DNA of 25,804 bases. Origin: Candidatus Dormiibacterota bacterium (GTDB lineage: Bacteria; Chloroflexota; Dormibacteria; Dormibacterales; Dormibacteraceae). Position numbers and translations under genes: made by a program. Position 1 is the first letter of the stretch. Each line of letters begins with the position of its first letter. The stretch covers positions 1-25,804 of the forward strand of contig DATFVI010000111.1 in the NCBI GenBank assembly GCA_035260405.1, given 5' to 3'. This document shows, in pieces, positions 15,866 to 24,281 of this stretch. The notes under the pieces were generated by a model that saw only the letters and a program-made list of their open reading frames with translations, was not told where the DNA came from and ran no database searches.

Positions 15866-17186
15866 AGAGCGCGACCTGGAGGCGCTCGAGACCCACCACC
15901 TGCTCGACCGCCACCACGTCCCCAACGACCAGCGTCGCCGGAGCCTCGATCGCCGCCTCACTCGCAAGGAGGGCGATGCGATCGAGAGTCCCGCTGACGC
16001 TGCGCTGGTTCGGCAGCGTGGCGTTGCTGATCACAGCGGCCGGACGAGAACCGCCCACAGCCCCAGCAACTGCCGCCGCGACCTCGGACAGCTCCCCGAG
16101 CGCCATCAGCACCACGAGCGTGTCAGCGGAGCGCGCCAGGTCCGCCAACCGATCGATTGAGCCGCCGCCCTGCGCGGTCGTGATCGCGACTGATGAAGCA
16201 ACGCCGCGCTTGGTGACCGGAATCCCCGCCGCCGCGGGCGCGGCCAGCGCTGACGAGACACCGGGCACGATCACGACGTCGATACCTGCTCGGCGCAGCG
16301 CGTCGAGCTCCTCTCCTCCTCGGCCGAACACGAACGGGTCGCCGCCCTTGAGCCGCGCCACGTGGTGCCCGGCGCGCGCGAGCTCGATCAGCCGCGCGTT
16401 GATGCTCACCTGCCGGGTGCTGGCGCGGCCTCCCCTCTTTCCGACGTTTTCGAGGCGCGTGTCCGGACCGCACAGGGCCAGGGTCTCCGGCGCGATGAGC
16501 GCGTCGTGCAGGACGTAATCCGCGTCGGCGAGGAGCTCGCGCGCCTTCACGGTCAAAAGGTCCGGGTCGCCGGGCCCCGCGCCGACCAGCGCAACACGCC
16601 CGGCACCATCGCCCAGAGCGGCGGCTATACCGGCGGCAAGCCGGTTGGCTTCAGGAGTTCTCCTGCCACGCAGAAGGGAACGGACATCCGAGTTGAGCAG
16701 CCGCCGGTACACGCGTGTCTGTTCCGCGATCGGCAGTCCTTGCTTGCGCAGCCGCCTCCGCACCTCCCCGACCAGCGCGACGAACGGGCTCCACTCGTGG
16801 CCGAGCCAGCGCTCGATGCGAGCGCGCAGCATCGATGCGAGGAAGGGGCTCTCCCCAGAGGTCGAGATCGCAATCAACAGCGGGTCGCGGTTCACGATGG
16901 CGGGCGCGATGAAGCGGCACTGCGCGGGCCGGTCGACCACGTTGATCAGGATCCCGGCGGCCTCGGCCTCCATCCAGCTGAGCCGGTTGACCTCATGGTC
17001 TTCGCTGGCATCGATCACGAGTCGCGCGCCGGCGAGGGCGCCGGGCCTGTAGTCCCGCGATGCGATCACACGCACATTCGCTCCCGCCTCACGCAGGGCG
17101 GCGGCCTTCTCGACAGCGAACGTCCCATCACCGAGGACGGTGCACGGCTGGCCTGCAAGGTCAAGAAAGACGGGGTAGTACCTCAC
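15864..17186 (-). CDS. cysG: Siroheme synthase, multifunctional CysG type (precorrin-2 dehydrogenase / sirohydrochlorin ferrochelatase N-terminal domain plus uroporphyrinogen-III C-methyltransferase C-terminal domain).
   Basis: N-terminal Rossmann-like region MRYYPVFLDLAGQPCTVLGDG. The methyltransferase half carries VALVGAGPGDPDLLTVKA. GTG start overlaps the TGA of the upstream gene (GTGA). It supplies the siroheme cofactor for the sulfite reductase in the same operon. Confidence 0.9.
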   Translation of the reverse strand: MRYYPVFLDLAGQPCTVLGDGTFAVEKAAALREAGANVRVIASRDYRPGALAGARLVIDASEDHEVNRLSWMEAEAAGILINVVDRPAQCRFIAPAIVNRDPLLIAISTSGESPFLASMLRARIERWLGHEWSPFVALVGEVRRRLRKQGLPIAEQTRVYRRLLNSDVRSLLRGRRTPEANRLAAGIAAALGDGAGRVALVGAGPGDPDLLTVKARELLADADYVLHDALIAPETLALCGPDTRLENVGKRGGRASTRQVSINARLIELARAGHHVARLKGGDPFVFGRGGEELDALRRAGIDVVIVPGVSSALAAPAAAGIPVTKRGVASSVAITTAQGGGSIDRLADLARSADTLVVLMALGELSEVAAAVAGAVGGSRPAAVISNATLPNQRSVSGTLDRIALLASEAAIEAPATLVVGDVVAVEQVVGLERLQVAL

Positions 17187-18853
17187 ACCGTGGCCTCTTC
17201 TTTCGCCGCCTCAAGCAGAACGCGAGCGACCTCGGGCCGCGTGAACTCCACCGGCAGGTCATGGCCTTCGGCGAGCAGCTTGCGCACGGCGGTTCCGCTC
17301 AAGGTGCGATGAACGTCTGCCGGGTGCGGGCACGTCCTGGTCGATGCCATGCCTCCGCACGCCGAGCAGTAGAAGGTGTGCTCGAAGCGCAGGATCTCGA
17401 TTCCCAGCTCGCCTGGTGCGTACTGGTCGAAGATGCGATGGGCCGCGTACGTGTCGTAGTAGCTGCCGACTCCGGCGTGGTCGCGACCGACGATGAAATG
17501 CGTACAGCCGTAGTTGCGCCGGACAATCGCGTGGAAGACCGCCTCCCTGGGACCGGCGTAGCGCATCCACGCCGGGTTGGTGGCGAGCAGCACCCGATCC
17601 GCCGGGAAGTAGCCGCGGAGCAGCTCCTCGTAGCAGCTCATCCGGACCGAGGCCGGGATGTCGTCGCTCTTGGTCTCGCCCACCAGGGGATGCAGGAGCA
17701 GCCCGTCGACGATTTCGAGCGCAACTTTTTGCAGGTACTCGTGCGCGCGATGCACGGGGTTGCGGGTCTGGAACCCGACCATGGTCTTCCAACCGCGGGC
17801 GGCTTTCACGGCGCGGACCTGCATCGGGGTGAGGTCGTACTCGGGGAACCCGGACGTGGGACGTGCGAGGGCGGTCACCGTGCCGGCCAGCGCCCACCGA
17901 CCCGAGTCCTGGAGCACACGCACGCCGGGGTGGGCGAGGTCCGTGGTCCCGTAGACGCCCTTGGCTTCCGCGTCAGGCGACGTTTTGAAGACCGAAGTCA
18001 CGTCCAGGATGCCGGCGGGCTGGTCGCCGATGAAAAGTGCGATTCGTTCGGTGCTCGGCGCGGAATCTGCTCGGAGCACGATCGGGATCGTGAAAGGCTG
18101 CCCGCCCGCGAGGCGGCCGGTCTCGATCACAGACTGGTAATCGCGCTCGTCCATGAAGGAGGCTAGAGGCGAGAGTCCGCCGGTCGCGAGCATGAACAGG
18201 TCCGAAAGCTCGCGCTGGCCGACCTCGAGTCGGGGCAGCGCCCGGGCCTCGGCGCGGAGGGCGCTGAGCTCGTCGCCGTCGGGCAGTCTCTCCCCCACCT
18301 CGCGGTCGAGATGGCCGAGTCGCTCGAGCGCGGCGATCACCTTCGACAGCGATTGGTCCAGCGATTCGCGCGATGTGTCGCACACGACCTCGGCGTGCAG
18401 GGGCTCTTCGTACGGATCGCTCACACCCGTGAAGTTCGCGATCTCGCCGGCGATGGCTCTCTTGTAGAGGCCCTTGACGTCGCGTTCGACCAGAGTGTCG
18501 AGCGGCGCCCGCGCGAACACCTCCACGAATCCAGGAGTCTGGGCGCGGATTTCGTCGCGCACCTCGCGATAGGGAGAGATCGCCGCCGTGATGGCGACGC
18601 CGCCGCTGCGCGCCACCAGCCGCGCCACGTAGCCGATGCGCCTGATGTTGGTGTCGCGGTCTTCCTTCGAGAAACCCAAGCCCTTCGAGAGGTGGGTACG
18701 GACCTCGTCGCCGTCGAGCAGCTCGACGTGGCGCCCACGCAGCTCGAACTCGGCTTTCAGCGCGTTGGCGATGGTCGACTTGCCGGCGCCGGACAGTCCG
18801 GTGAACCAAACGACGAATCCCTTGCTCACGCCTCTACTCCCACGAGACCCCAT
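17183..18853 (-). CDS. cysC: Bifunctional adenylylsulfate (APS) kinase (N-terminal) / sulfate adenylyltransferase (ATP sulfurylase, C-terminal) fusion. An alternative GTG start lies at 18829.
   Basis: APS-kinase P-loop GFVVWFTGLSGAGKSTIA near the N-terminus. PUA-like domain, then ATP-sulfurylase motifs QTRNPVHRAHE and GRDHAGVG in the C-terminal half. The 228 R-rich codons upstream in ORF 17183..19537 overlap the permease gene in another frame and are rejected. Confidence 0.85.
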   Translation of the reverse strand: MGSRGSRGVSKGFVVWFTGLSGAGKSTIANALKAEFELRGRHVELLDGDEVRTHLSKGLGFSKEDRDTNIRRIGYVARLVARSGGVAITAAISPYREVRDEIRAQTPGFVEVFARAPLDTLVERDVKGLYKRAIAGEIANFTGVSDPYEEPLHAEVVCDTSRESLDQSLSKVIAALERLGHLDREVGERLPDGDELSALRAEARALPRLEVGQRELSDLFMLATGGLSPLASFMDERDYQSVIETGRLAGGQPFTIPIVLRADSAPSTERIALFIGDQPAGILDVTSVFKTSPDAEAKGVYGTTDLAHPGVRVLQDSGRWALAGTVTALARPTSGFPEYDLTPMQVRAVKAARGWKTMVGFQTRNPVHRAHEYLQKVALEIVDGLLLHPLVGETKSDDIPASVRMSCYEELLRGYFPADRVLLATNPAWMRYAGPREAVFHAIVRRNYGCTHFIVGRDHAGVGSYYDTYAAHRIFDQYAPGELGIEILRFEHTFYCSACGGMASTRTCPHPADVHRTLSGTAVRKLLAEGHDLPVEFTRPEVARVLLEAAKEEATV

Positions 18854-19671
18854 CGCCGCCTGATCTCGCGGTCGAGGACTCCGAATCCGCTGTCGACGAG
18901 CACCCCGATGACGAAGATCACGATCATCAATGCAATGAGCTGCTGGTAGTCCGAGAGATCCTGAGCGGACCTCAGCTGCTGTCCCAACGAACGCTGCTGA
19001 CCGGCGAATGCGTGGAGGATGAGCTCGCCGGCCATCAGGCTGCGCCACGCGAAAGCCCAGCCCTGTTTCAGGCCGCCGACGAACGACGGCAGCGCGGCGG
19101 GCAGGATCACGTGACGGTAGAGGCCGAGACCGCGAGCGCCCATGACCCGGCCGACGCGAACGAGAAGGGGCTCGACGTGATCGACTCCGCTCAAAAGACC
19201 ATTCGCGATCGCGGGCGCCGCGCCGAGCAGGACCACCAGGATGATCGCCGGCTCGCTGCGCTGGAAGAGAAGGATGGCGAGCGGGAACCACGAGATCGAC
19301 GGCATGGACTGCAGGCCGAGAAGGGCCGACCCGAGCGCCCTGCGCAGAAATGTGACTCGGGCGACCAGAAGTCCAACCGCCGTGCCGGCAACGACCGCGA
19401 TCCCGTATCCGATGCCCGCGCGCAGAAGCGTGATCGCGACTCCGACATAGAAATTGACGCTGGTCAGGTCGTTGAGCAGGCGGTGAAAGACCGGCCAGGG
19501 GCCGGGGAGCTGGCCCGACCAGGCGACCACCTGCCACACCGCCACCGCCACGAGCAGCGCCACCAGCTGGGGCCAGAGCGCAGACCAGAACCGGAGTTGA
19601 CGGGCGCGAGTCGGACGCGGAGAGAGGTCCACGACTTCGCGCGTCTCGAGATCGCGGGCCAGCTCAGCCAC
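18826..19671 (-). CDS. ABC transporter permease (NitT/TauT-like family, SsuC/TauC/NrtB type).
   Basis: Six TM helices and the ABC permease EAA-like loop region; length is typical of SsuC-type permeases. GTG start overlaps the ATPase stop (GTGGCTGA). Confidence 0.8.
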   Translation of the reverse strand: MAELARDLETREVVDLSPRPTRARQLRFWSALWPQLVALLVAVAVWQVVAWSGQLPGPWPVFHRLLNDLTSVNFYVGVAITLLRAGIGYGIAVVAGTAVGLLVARVTFLRRALGSALLGLQSMPSISWFPLAILLFQRSEPAIILVVLLGAAPAIANGLLSGVDHVEPLLVRVGRVMGARGLGLYRHVILPAALPSFVGGLKQGWAFAWRSLMAGELILHAFAGQQRSLGQQLRSAQDLSDYQQLIALMIVIFVIGVLVDSGFGVLDREIRRRWGLVGVEA

Positions 19672-20467
19672 TGAGCCTCATCTCTTGCTTCAGCCTGTCG
19701 GTGATCCGGCCCGCGATCACTGCGAGATCTGGCGAATCGAGGCTGCGCGGCCTTGGAAGGTCGACGACCACCTCGTGCCCGACCCGCCCAGGCCGGCTCG
19801 TGAAAACCAGCACGCGATCACCGAGCCGCACCGCCTCCCGGGCGTTGTGCGTGACGAACAGGATGGTCAGGCCGTTCTGGCTCCACAGCCGCTCGAGCTC
19901 CTCGTGGAGCAGGTCGCGGGTGATGGCATCCAGGGCGGCGAAAGGCTCATCCATCAGGAGCACGTCGGCGTCCTGGGCGAGGGCCCGTGCGAGCGCGACG
20001 CGCTGCTTCATGCCGCCCGACAGCTCATGCGGCCGGCGCCTCTCCCAGCCGTCGAGATGGACGCGGCGCAGCAGCTCGCCGGCGATCCTCGAGCGCTCCG
20101 GGTTCCGGACGCCACGGAGCTCGAGCGCCAGCTCGACGTTGCCCGCCGCGGTGAGCCACGGGAGAAGAGCCGCCTCCTGGAAGATGAGGGCTACGTGGCC
20201 ATGGGCGTGGGCCCGGCCGCGAGTGGGTTGCTCGAGGCCGGCGAGCAGGTTGAGCAGCGTGCTCTTTCCCGAGCCAGAGGCTCCCACGATGCAGACGAAC
20301 TCGCCACGCTTGACCTCGAGACTCACGCCTTGCAAGGCGACAAGGAGACGATCGCCGTGAGGGTAGGTCATCGTCAGCGCCTCGACGCTGAGCGAATGCT
20401 TTTCCGAAAGCTCGAGCACTTTGGTCACGATGCGCTCGCAGTTGGCGCCGACCAGTGGAGGCCGCAT
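19664..20467 (-). CDS. ABC transporter ATP-binding protein (SsuB/TauB/NrtD-like). An alternative GTG start at 20428 would overlap the cysH TGA as GTGA.
   Basis: Walker A GASGSGKST, Q-loop, signature LSGGMKQRVALARAL, Walker B LLMDEPFAALD, H-loop. ATG 20467 is preceded by GAGGTCAAGGA. The 93-codon extension of ORF 19664..20746 overlaps cysH in another frame and is rejected. Confidence 0.8.
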   Translation of the reverse strand: MRPPLVGANCERIVTKVLELSEKHSLSVEALTMTYPHGDRLLVALQGVSLEVKRGEFVCIVGASGSGKSTLLNLLAGLEQPTRGRAHAHGHVALIFQEAALLPWLTAAGNVELALELRGVRNPERSRIAGELLRRVHLDGWERRRPHELSGGMKQRVALARALAQDADVLLMDEPFAALDAITRDLLHEELERLWSQNGLTILFVTHNAREAVRLGDRVLVFTSRPGRVGHEVVVDLPRPRSLDSPDLAVIAGRITDRLKQEMRLSG

Positions 20468-21135
20468 TCCTTGACCTCGTTCTGCTCCCACCACCAGCGC
20501 CCCGCGCGCTCGTCCTCGCCGGCTGTCGTGGCACGCGTGCAGGGCTCGCAGCCTATCGAGGTATACCCGGAGTCGTAGAGCGAGTGGTACGGCAGGTCGT
20601 TCTCGCGGATGTAGTCCCAGACCTGGTCGTGCGTCCAGGACGCAAGTGGCGCGACCTTGGTCAGGCCTGTGTGCTCTGGATCCGCCGCGACGACCGCCGT
20701 TTGCGCACGGGTTGGCGCCTGCTGCCTGCGCAGGCCCGTCACCCACGCGTCGTAACCGGCCAGGGCGCGCGCCAGCGGCCTCGACTTACGAACGTCGCAG
20801 CACAGGCGGCGCATCTCCACCGACCTGAGGAAGAGGTTCGCCCCGTGGCTTCCGACCATCTCCTGCAGGTCCGCCGCGTCAGGTGAGACGACCTGGACGT
20901 CGATCCCGTACCGGTCGCGGACGCGATCGATCATGTCGTAGGTCTGTTGTGGCAGACGGCCGGTGTCGAGCGTGATGACATCGGCGTCGGGTCGAATGCG
21001 GGAGGCCATGTCGATCAGCACGGATGACTCGGCCTGGAAGCTGGCGACGATCGCCATTCGCGGAAATGTTTCGTAGGCCCATCGCAAAACGGTTTCAGGT
21101 GCTGCTCCGGCAGAGATTTCGGCTGGCGCGATCAC
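20425..21135 (-). CDS. cysH: Adenylylsulfate (APS) reductase, thioredoxin-dependent, Fe-S type (CysH family, APS-specific subclass).
   Basis: PAPS-reductase fold with C-terminal ...KECGLH. Carries the CC...CxxC cysteines (RRLCCDVRK and SIGCEPCT) that characterise [4Fe-4S] APS reductases, as in the mycobacterial enzyme. GTG start overlaps the TGA of sulfite reductase; GAGG 7 nt upstream. Confidence 0.85.
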   Translation of the reverse strand: MIAPAEISAGAAPETVLRWAYETFPRMAIVASFQAESSVLIDMASRIRPDADVITLDTGRLPQQTYDMIDRVRDRYGIDVQVVSPDAADLQEMVGSHGANLFLRSVEMRRLCCDVRKSRPLARALAGYDAWVTGLRRQQAPTRAQTAVVAADPEHTGLTKVAPLASWTHDQVWDYIRENDLPYHSLYDSGYTSIGCEPCTRATTAGEDERAGRWWWEQNEVKECGLHWSAPTASAS

Positions 21136-22847
21136 GACATGACCTCGCTCGAGGTGCGAGCGCGGAGGGCCTCGAAGCCCGCGCGATCGACCCAGTCGCC
21201 GAACCCTTCGTCCGCACGGCGGTCGGCGCGAAACGCCATGAAAATCGGACGGAGTAAGTCGGGAATGCCCGCGATCGGCACGTTCGCCGAGTAGACGCGG
21301 TTCAGGCGCGTGCCGTTGAAATCGCCCGCCAGCATCACGTCGTACTTGCCGAGCGTCGTGCCGACAAACCCGACGTCACCGAGGTACGGCCGCGAGCAGC
21401 CGTTGGGGCATCCGCTCATGCGGAAGCTGATTCGCTCGCCCGCGAGGCCGAGCTCGTCGAGCATGGTCGCTAGAGTCCGGATCAGGCCCGGCAGCGCCCG
21501 CTCGGCTTCTGCCACCGCCAGCCCACACGTAGGGATGGCTGGGCACGCCATCGAATTGCGTATCGCGTGAGGGATCGATTCGACCGCGGCCATTCCATGC
21601 TCCGCCATCAGCTGCTCCACGCGAGGGCGGTCCGCCGGGTCGATGTCCGCGAGGATGACGTTCTGCTGTGCGGTCAGCCGGACGTTCGGGCGCAGCTCGT
21701 CGACGAGCTTGCGCAGCCCGGTCCGCGATCTCACCTGGTCGACGTCGGCGATGCGGCCGTTCTCGATGAAAATGCCCACGTAGAGTCGGCCATCGCCCTG
21801 CTCGTGCCACCCCAGGTGGTCGTCGACCGGCTTCCAGGACAGCTTCTCCGCCGGTTGGAGCTTGAAGGTCACGCGACTCTGCACCTCGTCGCGGAACCAG
21901 TCGAGCCCGCGGTCGGCGATCGTGTACTTGAGCCTTGCGTGCCGCCGGTTGCTCCGGTCGCCATAGTCGCGCTGAACAGCGACAACCTCGCGCGCGAGCT
22001 CGACGACCTGGTCGGCCTCCACGAAGCAGAGCGGCAGCGCAGCCGCCACGAATGTCTCGGGCTTGTTGTGGGTGCGCCCCAGGCCGCCGCCGACCAGCGC
22101 GTTGAACCCGCGCAGCGTTCCTTCGGCCGAGCGCATCGCGACCAGTGAGAGGTCGTGCGCGTAGACGTCGACGCAGTTATCGCCGTCGAGCGCGACGGTG
22201 GTCTTGAACTTGCGCGGCAGGTACTGCTCGCGATAGAGAGGCTCAACCTCAGGCTCCGAGGTCTTCACCACCTCGCCGTCGAGCCAGATCTCGTGATAAG
22301 CGCGAGTGCGCGGCGTGAGCTCGGCCACCATCGCGCTTATCGCGCGGTTCACCTCGTCGTGAAAATGATCCGCCACCGGCTCCGGGCAGCACATGATGTT
22401 GCGCTCCACGTCGCCGCAACCGCCCAGCGTCGTAAGCAGGGCTTCGTTGATGGCGCGAATCGATTTCTTGATGTCGCCCTTGAGGACTCCGTGGAGCTGG
22501 AAGTCCTGCCGCGTGGTGACGCGAAGCGTCCCGTTGGCCCACTTCCGGCTGATCTCGTCGTGTGCGATGTAGGCATCGGCAGACACGACGCCGCCAGGGA
22601 TGCGGGTTCTGATCATCAGCTGGTGGTGCTTGTCCAGGCCCTTCGCGCGCGCCTCCTTGCGGCGGTCGCGATCGTCCTGCTGGTAGATGCCGTGAAACTT
22701 GAGCAGTGTCTCCGAGGCGTCGCCGAACGCGGGCGTGTCCTCGAGCAGCTCCTCTTTGATGAGCCCTCGAAGGTGGTTGCTCGTGGCTTTGACCGTCTCA
22801 TTTCCCGACATGTCGTCGAGGGGTGAGAGGTTCGCGAGATTCGACAA
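21132..22847 (-). CDS. cysI: Sulfite reductase hemoprotein (CysI / ferredoxin-type Sir family; siroheme-[4Fe-4S]).
   Basis: Strong blocks shared with E. coli CysI: SN(H/Y)LRG, FHG(I/M)YQQDDRD, YLPRKFKTTV. Cys cluster near the C-terminus (SMACP..PTCGLA, GCPNGC). TTG start with GGAGG 9 nt upstream. Confidence 0.9.
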   Translation of the reverse strand: MSNLANLSPLDDMSGNETVKATSNHLRGLIKEELLEDTPAFGDASETLLKFHGIYQQDDRDRRKEARAKGLDKHHQLMIRTRIPGGVVSADAYIAHDEISRKWANGTLRVTTRQDFQLHGVLKGDIKKSIRAINEALLTTLGGCGDVERNIMCCPEPVADHFHDEVNRAISAMVAELTPRTRAYHEIWLDGEVVKTSEPEVEPLYREQYLPRKFKTTVALDGDNCVDVYAHDLSLVAMRSAEGTLRGFNALVGGGLGRTHNKPETFVAAALPLCFVEADQVVELAREVVAVQRDYGDRSNRRHARLKYTIADRGLDWFRDEVQSRVTFKLQPAEKLSWKPVDDHLGWHEQGDGRLYVGIFIENGRIADVDQVRSRTGLRKLVDELRPNVRLTAQQNVILADIDPADRPRVEQLMAEHGMAAVESIPHAIRNSMACPAIPTCGLAVAEAERALPGLIRTLATMLDELGLAGERISFRMSGCPNGCSRPYLGDVGFVGTTLGKYDVMLAGDFNGTRLNRVYSANVPIAGIPDLLRPIFMAFRADRRADEGFGDWVDRAGFEALRARTSSEVMS

Positions 22848-23176
22848 ATGGATGCGCCTCCGGAGAATTAGCTGGTGCCGACAACAACGCGCCCACGGGC
22901 GCGGAAGGGGCCAAGAGGCCCCGTCAGAGAGGTCGGCTAGCTACAGAAGCAGCTGGCGCAGAGGACGTAGTCGATCGCTCGTCGCCGAGTGAGGCAGATG
23001 TCGCGAGCCATAGATCTACGCACTGTCAAGGTAGCTTAGCCGATCAAAACGCCGATCGGTCTGTCGCTATTCCACTAGCCAGGTAGCTCTCGGCTTGGGC
23101 CTGGGATCCAACGCGGCTGCGACCTGTTCGCAATAGAGATGTGTGCCGTCGCGCGCCGACGATCAACGCCGGGCGA

Positions 23177-23233
23177 GTGAGATCTCACGATGGACTCGCA
23201 GATCGATTGTGTCCCTCTTGCGCGAACGCGCAA
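23177..23233. promoter_or_regulatory. Two perfect palindromes in the long leader upstream of the sulfite reductase operon: GTGAGATCTCAC (23177-23188) and TTGCGCGAACGCGCAA (23218-23233). Candidate operator sites.
   Basis: Perfect dyad symmetry seen directly. Both lie in a ~650-bp non-coding, lower-GC3 region between the response-regulator stop (23500) and the sulfite reductase start (22847). Confidence 0.25.
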
Positions 23234-23499
23234 ATCGGCAGAAAACAAATGACCCCAACGGATCGCCTCTCCGACTTCGGTTCCAGTCTTGCGACCAAAT
23301 CCGACTCCGTCGAACGTGTCCCTCGGGGCCGCAACGAACACTAACCGAAATCTGGAGCTGTGCCTATTCGTGTTTTTTCGGTAGCCAGGCTACTGGCCGG
23401 CGGTTTCGGTCGACGGATCTTCGGCGCCCATGCGACCCATCTCCGGGATCTGGGCCACCTGGATCGCCGAATCTCTCGTCGAGGTTTTCGGCCGCGCCT

Positions 23500-24171
23500 C
23501 TAGAGCTCGATCAGGCCGAGTCGGGCGGCCGCGATCACCGCCTGGAGCTTGGAATGCACGCGCAGCTTTTCGATCACGTGCGTCACGTGCCACTCGACTG
23601 TGTGTGGCGCGATGCCGAGAAGCCTGGCCAGCTCCTGCGTATCGTGGCCGTCCGCCAGCAGCCGGAGCACGTCAAGCTCCCGCGGCGTGAACTCCGCCAG
23701 GAGTTTCTCCCGAGCCTGCTTCTCGTTGCCCACCCGTCGCTGGCGGGCGATCGCCTTGGCGAACAGACCCACCGGGATCAGGACCTCTCCGATGGATGCC
23801 TTGCGAACCGCTTCGATGATCTGGTCGGCGGTCGCCGATTTGGTCAGATACGCGATGGCTCCGGCGTCGATGGCGTCGAGCAAAGCATCCTCAGATTCCT
23901 CAGCGCTGTGGAAGACGATCGCCGCAGCCGGCACGGCGGTACGGATCTTTGCGGCGGCGGCCGGCCCGCTCAGGTCGGGAAGCCTGAAGTCCATCAGCAC
24001 GACCGACGGGTTGTGCTCAGCTGCCAGGGTTGCGGCCTCGTCACCGCGCCGTGCGATGCCGACCACGATCACGTCTTCTTCGCTCTCCAGCACGCGTGCG
24101 ATCGCGGATGCGAGCAGGGGATGGTCCTGCACCACGAGCACCCGAACGGGACTGATCGGGGGTTGGCTCAT
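23500..24171 (-). CDS. NarL/FixJ-family response regulator (REC domain plus LuxR-type HTH); orphan, with no adjacent histidine kinase.
   Basis: Receiver domain (VLVVQDHPLL...VLMDFRLPDLSG... K-containing motif) and C-terminal LuxR HTH ...LTPRELDVLRLLADGHDTQELARLLGIAPHTVEWHVTHVIEKL... Confidence 0.85.
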   Translation of the reverse strand: MSQPPISPVRVLVVQDHPLLASAIARVLESEEDVIVVGIARRGDEAATLAAEHNPSVVLMDFRLPDLSGPAAAAKIRTAVPAAAIVFHSAEESEDALLDAIDAGAIAYLTKSATADQIIEAVRKASIGEVLIPVGLFAKAIARQRRVGNEKQAREKLLAEFTPRELDVLRLLADGHDTQELARLLGIAPHTVEWHVTHVIEKLRVHSKLQAVIAAARLGLIEL

Positions 24172-24265
24172 GCGCGGAACACCGACGAATTTCGGCCGAA
24201 GGCGGTGGACACTTCGGAGAAGCTAGTCAAGTTGGCCTCGAATTCACCGTGACCTGCGTCGCAGT

Positions 24266-24281
24266 TGTGACTTAAATCACG
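24266..24281. promoter_or_regulatory. Near-consensus CRP/FNR-type box TGTGA-cttaaa-TCACg. It overlaps the stop codon of the Crp-family gene and lies ~95 bp upstream of the response-regulator start.
   Basis: Matches TGTGA-N6-TCACA in 9 of 10 half-site positions. The adjacent regulator has the CRP-like recognition helix residues (R-E...R). Confidence 0.35.

Noticed and set aside
18854-19537. 228-codon R/P/S-rich N-terminal extension of ORF 17183..19537
   Set aside because: It overlaps the ABC permease gene in a different frame and has extreme Arg/Pro composition. The APS-kinase P-loop starts right after the internal ATG at 18853.
20468-20746. 93-codon N-terminal extension of the ABC ATPase ORF
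   Set aside because: It overlaps the cysH coding sequence out of frame. The ATPase domain begins after the internal start, with an SD at ATG 20467.
22823-23341. Small ORFs (87, 88 and 67 aa) in the sulfur-operon leader
   Set aside because: GC3 of about 60% or lower in a genome where real genes show ~80% or higher. They are better explained as a non-coding leader.
23143-24252. 369-aa plus-strand ORF across the response-regulator locus
   Set aside because: Antisense to a clean REC plus LuxR-HTH gene. Arg-rich with no domain signature.
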